Positions 48,481-63,525 of a DNA stretch of 64,000 nucleotides are shown here, one piece after another; position 1 is the stretch's first letter; each line of letters begins with the position of its first letter. Under the pieces are notes generated by a model. It searched no databases and was not told the origin of the DNA. It saw only the letters and a program-made list of their open reading frames with translations. Source of the DNA: Octopus sinensis (Eukaryota); NCBI RefSeq assembly GCF_006345805.1, contig NC_043025.1, forward strand, positions 11,718,001 through 11,782,000. The letters run 5' to 3'. The translations under genes and the position numbers were made by a program.

Positions 48481-49113
48481 CGACAGCTTCTTTCAGTTTC
48501 CGTCTACCAAATCCACTCACAAGGCTTTGGTCGGCCCGAGGCTATAGTAGAAGACACTTGCCCAAGGTGCCACGCAGTGGACTGAACCCGGAACCATGTG
48601 GTTGGTTAGCAAGCTACTTACTACACAGCCACTCCTGCGCAGATATATGCGTATGTGTGTATACAGGGTGATTGGAAAGTAACTCCCTATTTTAAAATGC
48701 TTATAATTTATTTATTAACTATAATTTTTTGCTCAAATTTGTTGTGTATGTTCTTTAATGTATGGGAATTGATGTCTTCTACTATAGCCTCAGGCCAACC
48801 AAAGCCTTGTGAGTGGATTGGTAGACGGAAACTGAAAGAAGCCCGTCGTATATATGTATATGTGTATATATATATATTATATATATATATATAATCTTTT
48901 ACTCTTTTACTTGTTTTCAGTCATTTGACTGCGGCCATGCTGGAGCACCGCCTTTAGTTGAGCAAATCGACCCCGGGACTTATTCTTTGTAAGCCCAGTA
49001 CTTATTCTATCAATCTCTTTTGCCGATCAGCTAAGTGACGGGGATGTAAACACACCAGCATCGGTTGTCAAGCAATGCTAGGGAGACAAACACAGACACA
49101 CAAACACACACAC

Positions 49114-49147
<34 letters not shown>

Positions 49148-49520
49148 GACAGGCTTCTTTCAGTTTCCGTCTACCAAATCCACTCACAAGGCTTTGGTCG
49201 GCCCGAGGCTATAGTAGAAGACACTTGCCCAAGGTGCCACGCAGTGGGACTGAACCCGGAACCATGTGGTTGGTTAGCAAGCTACTTACTACACAGCCAC
49301 TCCTGCGCAGATATATGCGTATGTGTGTATACAGGGTGATTGGAAAGTAACTCCCTATTTTAAAATGCTTATAATTTATTTATTAACTATAATTTTTTGC
49401 TCAAATTTGTTGTGTATGTTCTTTAATGTATGGGAATTGATGTCTTCTACTATAGCCTCAGGCCAACCAAAGCCTTGTGAGTGGATTTGGTAGACGGAAA
49501 CTGAAAGAAGCCTGTCGTAT
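48226..49520. repeat. ~668-bp near-identical tandem duplication of a SINE B, unique linker and inverted SINE B block
   Basis: The unique linker gatatatgcgtatg...gggaattgatgtc occurs twice, at ~48640 and ~49310. Confidence 0.88.
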
Positions 49521-49523
49521 ATA

Positions 49524-49598
<75 letters not shown>

Positions 49599-50779
49599 TT
49601 GTGTGTCTGTGTTTGTCCCTCCAACATCGCTTGATGCTGTTGTCTTTACGTTCCCGTAACTTAGCAGTTCGGCAAGAGAGACTGATAGATATAAGTACTA
49701 GGCTTACAAGAAATAAGTCCCGGGGTCGATTTGCTCGACTAAAAGGCGGTGCTCCAGCATGGCCGCAGTCAAATGACTGAAAATAAGTAAAAGAGATACG
49801 CAAAAAGGCACTCGGGATCTTTTCGGTTTGAACGGCAGTTTTTTTCTAGCGGTGTCATATGAAATTGTCACCCATAATTATGACCCTAGTATCGATCTAT
49901 TGCATTTCAATTTGGGTTAGGGTTAGGGTTTAGGGTGGGGGGAAGGGTATCTTTTCTTTCTTCACAAATGTAAATAAACCCAATCTGTTTCTTAAACGAG
50001 GGACATATTCATACGGCACAGAATGTTTTCACCTCAATAGACGTCATTGATTGGTTGAAATTGTAGAAATTGAAGAAGAAAAAACAACAAATATCTTACA
50101 AACTATAGAATTTTCTCAATAAAGCCAAGAGAAAAAGATGTTTTATAAACACATTCTACCAGTATATGAAGTGTAAAAGTGTTTAGTTAACTAGAAATTA
50201 TGTTAAAAACTGCCGTTCAAATGGAAAAGATATTAATTCAGTACTTAACACGTCCTTAGTGTATCGGACCCTGGAGGAATGAAAGGTAATAGCGATCTGG
50301 TGTGATTAGAACTCAAGATTATAATTGATATATAATTAAGTACAATGTTTTCATTGGACGCTCTGTGATCTCTAAAGAAAACAACAAACCCCCTTGAGGA
50401 CGAGTAATAGTAGTCAAATTCCTCTCCTAACAACACTTGGATCTAGTCCATCTCATTTATATATTTGTTTCAGTCGTTTGACTGTGGCCGTGCTGGAGCA
50501 CCGCCTTTAGTCGAGCAAATCAACCCCACCCAGGATTTATTCTTTGTAAGCCTAGTACTTATTCTATCGGTTCTCTTCTTGCCAACCCGCTATGTTACAG
50601 GGATGTAAACACACCAGCATCGGTTGTCAAGTGATGTTGAGGGGACAAACACAGACACACACATATATATACATATATGTATACATATATATACATATAT
50701 ACATACATATATATATACATATATATATATACATATATATATATACATATATATATACATACATATATACATACATATA

Positions 50780-50840
<61 letters not shown>

Positions 50841-51409
50841 TATACGACGGGCTTCTTTCAGTTTCCGTCTACCAGATCCACTCACAAGCTTTGGTTGGCC
50901 TGAGGCTATAGTAGAAGACACTTGCCCAAGGTGCCACGCAGTGGGACTGAACCTGGAACCATGTGGCTGGTAAGCAAGCTACTTACCACTTGCACAGATA
51001 AAAAATTTTTTTTTTAACTAAACACTTTGGAACTTCAGATACTGGGAGAAAATCCCAACACTCTAGGACCTTAAAATCGGAAGCGTGTTACTTGGATAAT
51101 AGTCCTGGAAATGCACTGCTTATAAAACCGACAGGATGGCCATAGCGGGAACGGTTTGATCAAAGTTCTACTCAGTGAGGATTGATATAGCAACAGCCTT
51201 AACTGGATTATATGGACCCGAGCTGACCTCGACTGAATCAAAACTCAGAACGTACAGGGACACACCTAAATTTCACAACACAAAGGGAGTTTCGTTTGAC
51301 GAAGTTCTACTGATTATGTACCTTCCATCCGTCCTTTAGCCCCTAAAATACAGAGGTTCGAAGCCGAAAAACTTATAGCGAACGGGTCACTGAGATGGGG
51401 TGGTATTGA

Positions 51410-51645
51410 GTGGCGAACTGGTAGAAACGTTAGCACGCCGGGCGAAATGCTTAGCGGTATTTCGTCAGCCGCTACGTTCTGAGTTCAAATTCCGCCGAGG
51501 TTGACTTCGCCTTTCATCCTTTCGGGGTCGATTAAATAAGTACCAGTTACGCACTGGGGTCGATGTAATCGACTTAATACCTATGTCTGTCCTTGTTTGT
51601 CCTCTCTGTGTTTATCCCCTTGTGGGTAGTAAAGAAATAGGTATT
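51410..51645 (+). mobile_element. Full-length monomeric SINE family A (reference copy)
   Basis: Head ggcgaactggtagaaacgttagc (A-box-like), gagttcaaattcc (B-box-like), body, and an end at aaataggtatt. Confidence 0.88.
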
Positions 51646-53173
51646 GAAGATTACTTTATCTTTTGTTTAATGCACTTAACATCCTAGAGTGCAATATAGG
51701 AGTATCATTATATCACCCCTCCCCAGTATTCGACTGGTACTTTAATTTATCACCCCGGAAACGATGAAAAGCAAAGCTGACTTCAGCAGATTTTGGACGT
51801 AAAACGAAATAGCCTGCAACAGAGGGCCCGATACAAACAACTTTAAAAAGTAAATAATGTTTTCAACCAGACACGTTGAAATAAGGTCGGGGCTTCATGC
51901 TGGGCTTGACTCTGATTTTCGGGTAAATTTTAGTACTTTTACCCGGATTTTTTGCGGGGAATAAAGTATCAAAATTATCCGATTTTTGTCCTTCTGGGAC
52001 AGACAAAAGTACCCGAGATTGGTTTAACTGTACCCCAGCTCTAAAATACTTCCTTCTGTTAATGCTAAAATGTTTCGTTATTGTTATTAACGAGGTGGAA
52101 AGCAGCGAGACGAAAGAATCGTTAGCGCGCCGGACAAAATGCTTAGCGACATTTCGTCCGGTTTTTGCGTTCTGAGTTCAAATTCCGCTGGGGGTCGACT
52201 TTGCCTTTCGTCCTAATAATTTAAGTACCAGTCGAGCACTGGGTCGATGTAATTGACTAGGTCCCCCCACCAAAAAAATTTCAGGCCTCGTGCTTATAAT
52301 AGAAAGGATGGCAAAGCATATTTCTTTCGAATCCGTTACGTTCTGAGTTCAAATTCCACCGAAGTCGACTTAGTCTTTCTTCCTTTCACTGTCAACAAAA
52401 TACGATACAAGTGACACACTGAGGTTGAAGCAAACGGCTAACAACCTTCGCCGCCCACGAAATTGAGGCCTTGTTCCTGTAATAGACACAATTATTAAGA
52501 GGTTGGCTTTGATTTTCTTGTGTGTGTGTGTGTAGCGGTTGTGAGGGGCACAAAAATACCTATTTCTTTACTACCCACAAGGGGCTAAACATAGAGGGGA
52601 CAACAAATGACATCATAGGTATTAAGTCGATTACATCGACCCCAGTGCGTAACTGGTACTTAATTTATCGACCCCGAAAGGATGAAAGGCAAAGTCGACT
52701 TCGGCGGAATTTGAACTCACAACAAAGGGGCACAAAAATGCCGGTTAAAAGCAGGGGTCGAGTTTAATCGACCGTGCCCGCGGCCCTTTCTGAAAATACA
52801 GTCTTGCTCTAATATTATCACGACGATAAAACGTCGGACAAGAAAATACTCGACAGAATTAAGCTACCGCACTCGACGTTCTCAGTTCAAATCCCAGCGG
52901 GGTCTACTATGACTTTCATTCCTCCGGGGGTCAATCTACTACATCGTTAGAAATCTGCACGACAATACAACCCCTTCTCTCTCTCTGTCTCTCCTTTTTT
53001 TCGAAATGTAACCTTATGTTAATTGTTAGAAATAATCATTGTGAAAGATTACACATAATTAACTTGGGTTGCCGGGCACACACACATAATCAGGGGTGGA
53101 TATGAGAGCGAGTGATCATAGTGAAAAGATTAAAAGATCCGAAGTAGATATTAGAAGAAGAAAAAACTTAGGT

Positions 53174-53990
53174 GGCAATCTTTCGTCTCTAGTAGACCTT
53201 TCCGTCGATTTCCGTAAAAAAAATCTTTTTTTTTTACATATGGGCTTGCGGGAACTTTTGAAGTAATGAGAGCGAAAGAGACTAAGAGAAAGCGATTGTA
53301 TGACGAGGGAAGTTCTTTTGAAGTTACCGTCCAGGGGAAGCATTGATGTACCTGTGTGTGTGTTTGATGGGGTTGTGTGGGAGACAGACAGTATGTTGTG
53401 TAAGTGAAGTGCTTCTGTTAGTGTGTGTGAAGAGACAGAGTAATGTGTGAAAGAAGAGATAATGAAATTTTTTACTCGGTGTATGTGTATATGCATGTAT
53501 GTGTGTGTGTGTGTATGTATCTATGTATGTGTGTGTGTGTGTATGTGTGTGTGTGTGTGTATCTATGTATGTGTGTGTGGTATGTATCTATCTATGTATG
53601 TGTGTGTGTGTGTATATCTATGTATGTGGGTGTATGTATCTATCTATGTATGTGTGTGTGTATGTATCTATCTGTGTGTGTGTATGTATCTATCTATGTA
53701 TGTGTGTGTGTGTGTATCTATGTATGTGTGTGTGTATGTATCTATGTATGTGTGTGTGTATGTATCTATGTATGTGTGTGTGTATGTATCTATGTATGTG
53801 TGTGTGTGTGTATATATCTATGTATGTGTGTGTATGTATCCATCTATGTATATGTGTGTGTATGTATGATGTATGTATGTATGTGTGTATGTATGTATAT
53901 TACTTCAAAAGTTCCCGCAAGCCCATATGTAAAAAAAAAAAATTTTTTACGGAAATCGGCGGAAAGGTCTACTAGAGACGAAAGATCGCC
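53174..53990. repeat. ~93-bp near-perfect inverted repeat (53174-53267 and 53899-53990) with a microsatellite-rich spacer
   Basis: The arms differ by only two substitutions plus homopolymer-length changes. Confidence 0.92.
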
Positions 53991-54062
53991 AAAACAAAAA
54001 TTTAAAATAACAACTTATAATAATAATAATAATAATAAAAACGAGAATAAGAAGTGACTTAC

Positions 54063-54113
54063 TCCGGATCTCTGGCTTTTGATTTTGACAAAACCTTCTT
54101 TCACAATATCCAT
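54063..54113 (-). CDS. DOK4/5/6-like docking protein, coding exon 1 (MDIVKEGFVKIKSQRSG)
   Basis: Acceptor cttccacacag|gc precedes the ATG, phase-0 donor GGA|gtaagt. Resembles the PH-domain start of DOK4/5/6 (DIVKQGYV+I+S++LG). Confidence 0.88.
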
Positions 54114-54354
54114 GCCTGTGTGGAAGAAGGAAGGAAGGCAAAAAAATAATCTCTGTGAGAGGACAAGATTTATCTAGAAATGTGTGAAACCTTAGTGCAA
54201 GGGTGGAATGGGAAGATAAAAAGAATTGTGAGAGAGGGAGAAACGGGCAGAGAAAAAGTAGTGGTAGGTATTGTGATAGATAGTTGTAGGTAAAGTGAAA
54301 GAGATTGAGAGATAGAGACAGAGAGAGAGAGAGAGAGAGAGAGTAGGTGAAGTG

Positions 54355-54587
54355 AAAGATAGATAGATATTTAGTAGTTTAAGTGATAGATAGATAGATA
54401 GTAGTGGGTGGGTGAAGGGAAAGATAGATGTTTGTGAGTAAAGTGAAAGAGTGATGGTGGAAGGTAAAGTAAAAGGCTAAGAGTATTAGATAACGTGATA
54501 GATAGAAAGATAGATAGGCAGATAGATAGAAAGATAGATAGATAAATAGAAAAATTGATAGATAGAAAGATAGATAGATAGACAGAC

Positions 54588-54618
<31 letters not shown>

Positions 54619-55025
54619 CAATTAGATAGATAGATATATAGATATAGATAGTTAGACAGATAGATAGACAGATAGATAAATAGATAGATAAATAGATAGA
54701 TAGATAGATAGGTAGGTAGATAGATAGATAGACAATTAGATAGATAGATATATAGATATAGATAGTTAGACAGATAGATAGACAGATAGATAAGTAGATA
54801 GATAATAGATAGATAGATAGACACTGACAGCAGATAGATAGACATATAGCAAATAGATGATAGATAATAGATAGACAATAGATAGATAGATATATAGATA
54901 TAGATAGACAGATAGATAGACAGATAGATAAATAGATAGATAAATAGATAGATAGATAGACAGACAGACAGATAGATAGATAGATAGATAGATAGACAGA
55001 CAGATAGATAGATAGATAGATAGAC

Positions 55026-55056
<31 letters not shown>

Positions 55057-55107
55057 TAGATAGAAAGATAGATAGATAGAAAGATAGATAGATAAATAGA
55101 CAGATAT

Positions 55108-55143
<36 letters not shown>

Positions 55144-55145
55144 TT

Positions 55146-55184
<39 letters not shown>

Positions 55185-55255
55185 CAGACAGATAGAGAGA
55201 TAGACAGATATATAGATATAAAGATAGATAGATAGATAAATAGATAGAAAGATAG
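54355..55255. repeat. (GATA)n microsatellite region
   Basis: Directly visible. Confidence 0.96.
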
Positions 55256-55689
55256 TGGTGTGTAAAAATGAAAGAGGGAGATATAAATAGATAGATAAAC
55301 AGATTTGTCAGAAAAAAATATGAACTAGAGAGATACTACAACGAAAGAAATAAGTATATCTCTATTTTTTTTTTTGGTACGTGTGTGTAAAGGAGGAGGG
55401 GTGGTTTCTTTTTGCATGTTGTTGATATTGTTCACGGTGTAGTTTTTATTATTGGTGGTGTTGAAAGTGAGTTGGAGGAGGCGGCGGTGGCGGCGGCCGA
55501 CGTTACTGAGAAAACTTTCTTTCTTTCTCCTCTGTCAAAAAAAAAAAAAAAGAAACTTTTTTTTTTCCTTTCCCTCCCCCTTTGCCATGTCGTACGCCTT
55601 CCCGCTGTGTTGTTCTGTTGTGTGTGTCGCTTTTAATGGGAATTTCTGAGAAAAAAGAAACACACACACACACATACAAACGGGTGTGT

Positions 55690-55694
55690 GTATG

Positions 55695-55736
<42 letters not shown>

Positions 55737-55833
55737 TAACTATACACTATATTATATACATACACACATACGTTTGTATGTGTGTGTCTGTGTGTATGTG
55801 TATGTATATAATATATTATATATACACATGTTA

Positions 55834-55887
<54 letters not shown>

Positions 55888-56151
55888 ATATATACTAACT
55901 ATACACTATATTATATACATACACACATACGTTTGTATGTGTGTGTCTGTGTGTAATGTGTATGTATATAATATATATATATATACACATGTTAGTGTAT
56001 ATATATTATATATATATATATACTATTATATATATATATACTAACTATACACTATATTATATACATACACCATACGTTTGTATGTGTGTGTCTGTGTGTA
56101 TGTGTATGTATATAATATATATATATATATATATACACGTTAGTGTATTAT

Positions 56152-56199
<48 letters not shown>

Positions 56200-56600
56200 C
56201 TAACTATACACTATATTATATACATACACACATACGTTGTTGTATGTGTGTGTCTGTGGTGTATATATTGTATATATATATATATATATTATACACATGT
56301 TTATATAATGGTATAATATTATTATATATATATATTATATATAGATATATACTAACTATACACTATATTATAATACATACACACAATACGTTTGTATGTT
56401 GTGTCTGTGTGTATGTGTATGTATATAATATATATATATGTGTGTGTGTGTGTATGTATATTATATATATATATACTGACTATACCCTATATTATATACA
56501 TACACACATACGTTGTATGTGTGTGTCTGTGTGTATGTATATAATATATATAACACATGTTAGTGTATATATATATATATATATATATATTATGTATGTA
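55690..56600. repeat. AT-rich compound minisatellite (~140-bp unit)
   Basis: Recurring ctaactatacactatattatatacatacacacatacgtttgtatgtgtgtgtctg, about 6 times. Confidence 0.85.
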
Positions 56601-56683
56601 TAATGTATATATATATCTTATATATGTGTGTGTGTATATATATATATATGTGTGTGGTGTGTGTGTTTTGTGCTTTATATATA

Positions 56684-56734
<51 letters not shown>

Positions 56735-56859
56735 CATATTTAGCAATTAAGGACAACTACTTAAAAGGAAAACTAACAAGAAATTGTCAGGTAGATGGCG
56801 TGAAACCTCATAAGAGAATAATTTCGAAAATATTATTTCTTATTGAACATATTAATCTC

Positions 56860-56920
<61 letters not shown>

Positions 56921-57589
56921 TTGGGATATGGGTTGTAAATGCAACCCTCCATGGGAATAACGTATATCCATATACTGCTAGTGAAGTACCCAACAAAGTT
57001 AATACATAAATGTTAAGGATTGCGATGCAATCATTCATTTACTGTATTATATGGGCAAAGGTAAAATGTTTTACCACAAATTCATAATACAAGATAAGAA
57101 AATGGAGTTTAACCCTACAGTATCTTATGTGGTGGTTTAATAAAGTATGTGATTGTGTATTATCTGGTAATTGATATTTGATTTAGATGTATTTCTCCAT
57201 TTTCTTATCTTGTATATATATATATACAAACGTGGGCGTAGCCAGTACCGCATTGACTGGCCTCCGTGCTGGTGGCACGTAACAAACACCATCCGATCGT
57301 GGCCGTGCCAGCCATGCCTGGCCTCCGTGACGGTGGCATGTAAAAAGCACCATCCGAGCGTGGCCGTTCGCCAGCCTCGTCTGGCACCTGTGTTGGTGGC
57401 ACATACAAAACACCCCCTACACTCTCGGAGTGGTTGGCGTTAGGAAGGGCATCCAGCTGTAGAAACACTGCCAGATCTGACTGGAGCGTGGTGCAGCCTT
57501 CGGGCTTCCCAGACCCCAGTTGAACCGTCCAACCCATGCTAGCATGGAAAGCGGACGTTAAACGAAGATGATGATGATGATGATATATA

Positions 57590-58934
57590 TCAACTATCGC
57601 CCAGTCAGTCTCACTAGCTGTATTGCAAAACTGATGGAATCGTGTGTCAGAGAAACACTCTGGAACTTCTGGAGCTCTCACAGTCTCATCCGACCCTCAC
57701 AATATGGATTTGTCCCTAACTCCAGCTGCAGTGACCAGCTTGTCGAGTTCCTTGAGGACATTACTCAGATTACTGACAGTGGCTCATGGGTGGATGTTGT
57801 CTACCTTGACTTTGCTAAGGCTTTCAACTCTGTGGCCACACAAAGGCTTATGGTGAAACTCTCTGCAATGGGTGTGGGGGATGACCTTTTTAACTGGTTG
57901 AAATCCTTCATCCTCAGCCGAAAGGAGGTAGTCACAGTTCTAGGACAGCACTCTACACCATATGAGATGTCATCGGTGTACCACAGGGATCTGTCCTTGG
58001 TCCCCTCTTGTTTGTGGCATACATTAACGACATAGATGCCAATTTAAAGAATGCCACAGTATTGAAATATGCAGACGACATCAAGCTGTACCTTGAAATC
58101 AAGAGGACAGATCCTGATGTCTACAACTCTTTCCTGCAATCAGACCTAGACACATGCAGCAATGATCACAGACTGGCAACTGAAACTGCTGTGGACAAGT
58201 GTACCACCATGCATTTTGGGAGAAAAAACCCTGCGTTCACTTACTCCCTCCACAACACTGGATATCAAGAAATCCTCTTGCGAGCGTGACCTAGGCATCA
58301 CTGTCAGCAGTGATTTGCGTTGGTCAAAGCATATCTCTAAGATTGTCAGGAAGGCGGGGTGTCTTGGCATCACTCACGCAGGTCTTTTGTTAGCCGCTCT
58401 CCAGCCATCTATTTAAAACTGTATACAGCTATGGTACGACCCACACTTGGAATTCGCATCATCAGTTTGGAACCCCTATCTTGCACAGAACATTGACCTC
58501 CTGGAATCTGTCCAGAGACGTGCAACCAAACGCATACCCTCCATCAGACACCTACCATATTCTGAGCGCCTGTGTTTCCCTGGGCATGGATTCACTGAAG
58601 CTCCGGCGTTTGCGACGGACTTGGTAAACACCCACAAAGTTATCAACCACCTCACCAACAACAACACTGAACACCTTTTTGATCTCCATGTGTCTAACAC
58701 ACGTGGACATGCCTACAAAGTCAGAAAACAACACAGCTCCCATGACTTTCGGAAACATTTTTTCACGCTCAGAGTTGCTGAAGCATGGAATAAACTGCCT
58801 GCGTCAGTTGTTGACTGCCATGACACTGCATCTTTTAAGGCCCTCATGCTTTCCGAAATCCGCCGAAACTACACCTGATTATTATACACTTTAGATGAGT
58901 TGTAGTGCGCCCTGAGCACTGTACACAATTATTA

Positions 58935-58940
<6 letters not shown>
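57590..58940 (+). mobile_element. 5'-truncated CR1/L2-group LINE with a degenerate reverse transcriptase
   Basis: NYRPVSLTS...QYGF...VYLDFAKAFNSV...PQGS-like...YADDIKL, with frameshifts, and the same 3' UTR family as 20290-21022. Confidence 0.93.
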
Positions 58941-58976
<36 letters not shown>

Positions 58977-59009
58977 TATAATATATATATACATATACAC
59001 ATGTTACTC

Positions 59010-59410
59010 TATCCAGATTACAATTTCAGGTTTATACCTGTAATTATTGGGGCCCTGGGATATGTAACACACTACCTAAATACCAATCTTGAGAAATTAA
59101 GCTTATCAAAATCAGAGAGGAGAAAGCTGATTTGAGGACTACAGATCCAATCCATCAATGGAATTGTTAAAATCTGTAAGACTTTCCAGAAGTTTATCAT
59201 TTAAGTACATATGAGCATGTCTGGATATGCAACTATATGCACGAGAAGACATACATAAAACAAAACATACAAATATGCATATATATAATATACATGCATA
59301 CACAAATACCCTGTTGTTGATGTTGAAATTCCAATGAGGGAGCCTTTGATCCAGGCTAGAAACCAGTTCTTTCTTTATTGGCAAGAAATCTTGAAAGAAA
59401 ACTGAATAAT
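59010..59410 (+). mobile_element. 3' fragment of a restriction-like-endonuclease LINE (R4/NeSL/CRE group)
   Basis: FIPVIIGALG...LQIQSINGIVKICKTF C-terminal motif with an in-frame stop, then a 3' UTR. Confidence 0.65.
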
Positions 59411-59800
59411 GACATACATGCATACATATATATATGCATACATACACACACATACATACATACATGCATATATATATATAGACATACATACATACATGCA
59501 TATATATATATAGACATACATACATACATGCTTATATATATAGACACACATACACACATACACACATACATACATACATAAATACATACATACATACATA
59601 CATACATACATACATACATACTAATACATACATACATACATACATACACACATACATACATACATAAATACATACATACATACATACATGCATACATACA
59701 TAATACATACATACATACATACATACACACATACATACAAACGTACATACATACATACACACATACATACATACATACACACATACATACATACATACAT
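59410..59800. repeat. (ACAT)n microsatellite
   Basis: Directly visible. A similar tract lies at 62410-62950. Confidence 0.95.
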
Positions 59801-60274
59801 GTGTAATGTCAGGGATGGCTGGGTGGAAGCAAGGAGTGAAGAAGATGAGGAAAAAGAGCAATAGAGATGAGGGGTGGGGTGGGCGGGTAGATGTGGTATG
59901 AAGAGTGAGAGGATGAGGATGGGGAGAGGAGGAGGAGAGGGGAGACATTTCAGGAAACTGGCAAATTAAGGTAGGGCTCTCAGCTGTAAAGTGAAAGAAG
60001 TAAAGTCAGGGTTGGTGTGTATGTGGGGGGGAGTGTCACCCCAGGGGGAAGACAGGCATATTCACACATGTGTTGTAAATGTGCATGTGTGTATATATAT
60101 ATATATATATATACACACCCACACACACGTGTGTTGTGTGTGTGTGTGAGTGAGTATATTTATATACACACCCACGCGTGTATAATATTTATAGCATCAT
60201 ATAAATGAACATGTGTGTATATAACCATGTTCACAGAGCAAGACAGTACATAATTTGGTTTTTACATGTATACT

Positions 60275-60680
60275 CTTTTACTCTTTTACTTGTTTCAGTC
60301 ATTTGACTGCGGCCATGCTGGAGCACCGCCTTTTTAGTCGAGCAAATCGACCCCAGGACTTATTCTTTGTAAGCCCAGTACTTATTTTATCGGTCTCTTT
60401 TGCCGAACCACTAAGTGATGGGGACGTAAACACACCAGCATCGGTTGTCAAGCAATGCTAGGGGGACAAACACAGACACACAGACATATACACACACACT
60501 TATATATATATACATATATACGACAGGTTTCTTTCAGTTTCCATCTACCAAATCCACTAACAAGGCATTGGTCGGCCCGGGGCTATAGTAGAAGACACTT
60601 GCCCAAGATGCCACGCAGTGGGACTGAACCCGGAACCATGTGGTTGGTTAGCAAGCTACTTACCACACAGCCACTCCTGC
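60275..60680 (-). mobile_element. SINE family B, full length
   Basis: Complete head, core and tail organisation. Confidence 0.88.
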
Positions 60681-60950
60681 GCCTCTATATATATATATTT
60701 AGCACTCTATCATTCTCTTTAATATTCATGTTTGTATCTATAAAACATGAAACCACTGATGAATGGCAAATATATTTTTTAAATCCAGTTTTGCAGGAAC
60801 ATTTAATGATGGATATGTGTGTATAATAGTGCATATGTGTGTGTATACATATATATATATATATACACACACAATACATATATATATATATGCTATATAT
60901 ATGTGTATACATGATGATAATGATGAGATGATGCATAATATATATTATGC

Positions 60951-60990
<40 letters not shown>

Positions 60991-61077
60991 AATAAAAATG
61001 GAGTTAACGCAGGTTTAAACAAGTATTTTTTTCTTTCTACATATGTTTTTCAAATTCCACTGATACTTATATATATG

Positions 61078-61385
61078 GAGGCGCAATGGCCTAGTGGTTA
61101 GGGCAGCGAACTCGCGGTTGTAGGATCGCAGTTTCGATTCCCAGACCGGGCGTTGTGAGTGTTTATTGAGCGAAAACACCTAAAGGTTCACGAAGCTCCG
61201 GCAGGGGGTGGTGGCGATCCCTGCTGTACTCTTTCACCACAACTTTCTCTCACTCTTTCTTCTGTTGGCCTGCTCGCTTAGCCAGCGGAGTGGCGTCATT
61301 TGAAGGCTAAAAAACAATGCGAAGCGCATTGTGACCAGCGATGTGTAGCAACATCTGATAGCCTGGTCGGTCACGGTGATATATA
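61078..61385 (+). mobile_element. tRNA-derived SINE family D
   Basis: Homologous to 29160-29490. Confidence 0.8.
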
Positions 61386-62258
61386 TATATATATATGATA
61401 TATATATACACATATATATATATCTACCTATATATGTAGGTAGATATATATATATGCATATGTATATATATATCATCATCATATATATATATATGCGTAT
61501 ATATACATATGGTCACAATGAGGACATTAAAACCTCTTATAGTGATATTTTTCCAAGATAAACTGGTTTAATATATTATATTTTAAAGAGATATTACTTC
61601 AATGAATATATTATATAAACTAGCGTAAAATATCAAATAATAATAACAATAATAATAATAATGATAATAATAATATATATAGAAACATATACACACACAC
61701 ATACACACACATATGAAATTTCATATAGAATGTCTCGTAAAAAGCAGGACTTATTCTTTGCAAGCCTAGTACTTATTGTATCAGCCCCTTTCGCTGAAAC
61801 GCTAAGTGACGGGGACGTAAACACACCAACACAGTTGTCAAGCAATGGTGAGGTGACAAACGCAGACACAAAGGCACACACATAAATGTATTTCCATTTC
61901 CGCCCCCTCTGGCCCCTGTGGCGGTGGTACGTAAAAAGCACCCACTACACTCGCGGAGTGGTTGGCGTTAGGAAGGGCATCCAGCCGTAGAAACACTGCC
62001 AGATCAGACTGGAGCCTGGTGCAGCCTCCTGGCTTCCCAGACCCCAGTTGAACCGTCCAACCCATGCTAGCATGGAGAACGGACGTTAAACGATGATGAT
62101 GATGATGGTGGTGGTGGTGGTGGTGGTGGTGATGATGAAGATGGTAGTGGTGATGATGATGATGATGATGATGATGGTGATGATGGTGATGATGGTGGTG
62201 GTGGTGGTGGTGGTGATGATAATGATGATGATGATGATGGTGATGATGGTGGTGATGA

Positions 62259-62292
<34 letters not shown>

Positions 62293-63099
62293 GATGATGA
62301 TGATGGTGATGATGATGCCGATGATGATATATGTATGCAGCAGGCTTCTTTTAGTTTCCATCTAAGAAATCCACTCACAAGGCTTTGGTCAACCTGAGGC
62401 CAGAGTAGAAGATACATACATACATACATACATACACAGATACATACATACATATATACATACATATATACATACATATATATGCACATATATATGTACA
62501 TACATACATACACACATACATACATACACACTTACATACACATACATACAAACATACATACATACACACTTACATACATACATACATACATACATATATA
62601 CATACATTCATACATACATACATTCATACATACATACATTCATACATACATACATACATAATATATACATACATACATATATACATACATACACACATAC
62701 ATACATACATATATACATACATACATATACATACATACATACACACATACATACATACATACATATATACATACATACATACATATATATACATTCATAC
62801 ATACATACATACATACATACATACATACACACATACATACATACACTCATACATACAAACATACATACACACATACATATATTCATACATACATACACAC
62901 ATACATAGACGTACACACACATACACACACAGATACATACACACATACATTTATAAATAAGTTTTAGAGGAAAATGTGTAGGATTTTATGACAGAAAACT
63001 GAAGTTGGTGTCCCGTTTCACCCCCATAAGCACCACCACCCCCTTTACAATGCACACGCACCCTTACCTTTTCCACCAACGCTTTCACACTCTACACAT

Positions 63100-63307
63100 T
63101 CGCCCTTCTCTCTTTGTCTCTCTCTCTCTCTCTCTCAAATTTTTCATTGTCGCCCCACCCCTCTTCCTGACTCTCACTGTCTCATTCTCCCCTCATTCCT
63201 CTCTCTCTCTCTCTCTCTCCGTTTTGCCCTCCCTCTCACCTGGTCCCTTTCCTTCCTTCCTTCTTACTGTTCTCCCTCTTTCTTTCTTTCACTCTCTCTG
63301 TTCACCA

Positions 63308-63341
<34 letters not shown>

Positions 63342-63472
63342 TTCTTTCTCTTTCTCTCTTTTTCTTTCTTTCTGTCTGTCTGTCTGTCTCTCTCTCTCTC
63401 CCTCTCTCTCTCTTTCTCTCTCTCTCTTTCTTTCTCTTTCTCTCTTTTTCTTTCTGTCTGTCTGTCTGTCTC

Positions 63473-63504
<32 letters not shown>

Positions 63505-63525
63505 TCTGTCTGTCTCTCTCATCTT
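63100..63525. repeat. (CT)n/(CTGT)n polypyrimidine tract
   Basis: Directly visible. Confidence 0.93.

Noticed and set aside
49912-49940. TTAGGG x2-3 as an interstitial telomere
   Set aside because: Too short, and internal to a TIR element whose other copy (~3005) has a shorter version of the same motif.
57568-58878. Active reverse transcriptase gene
   Set aside because: 5'-truncated, lacks the endonuclease domain and has several frameshifts.
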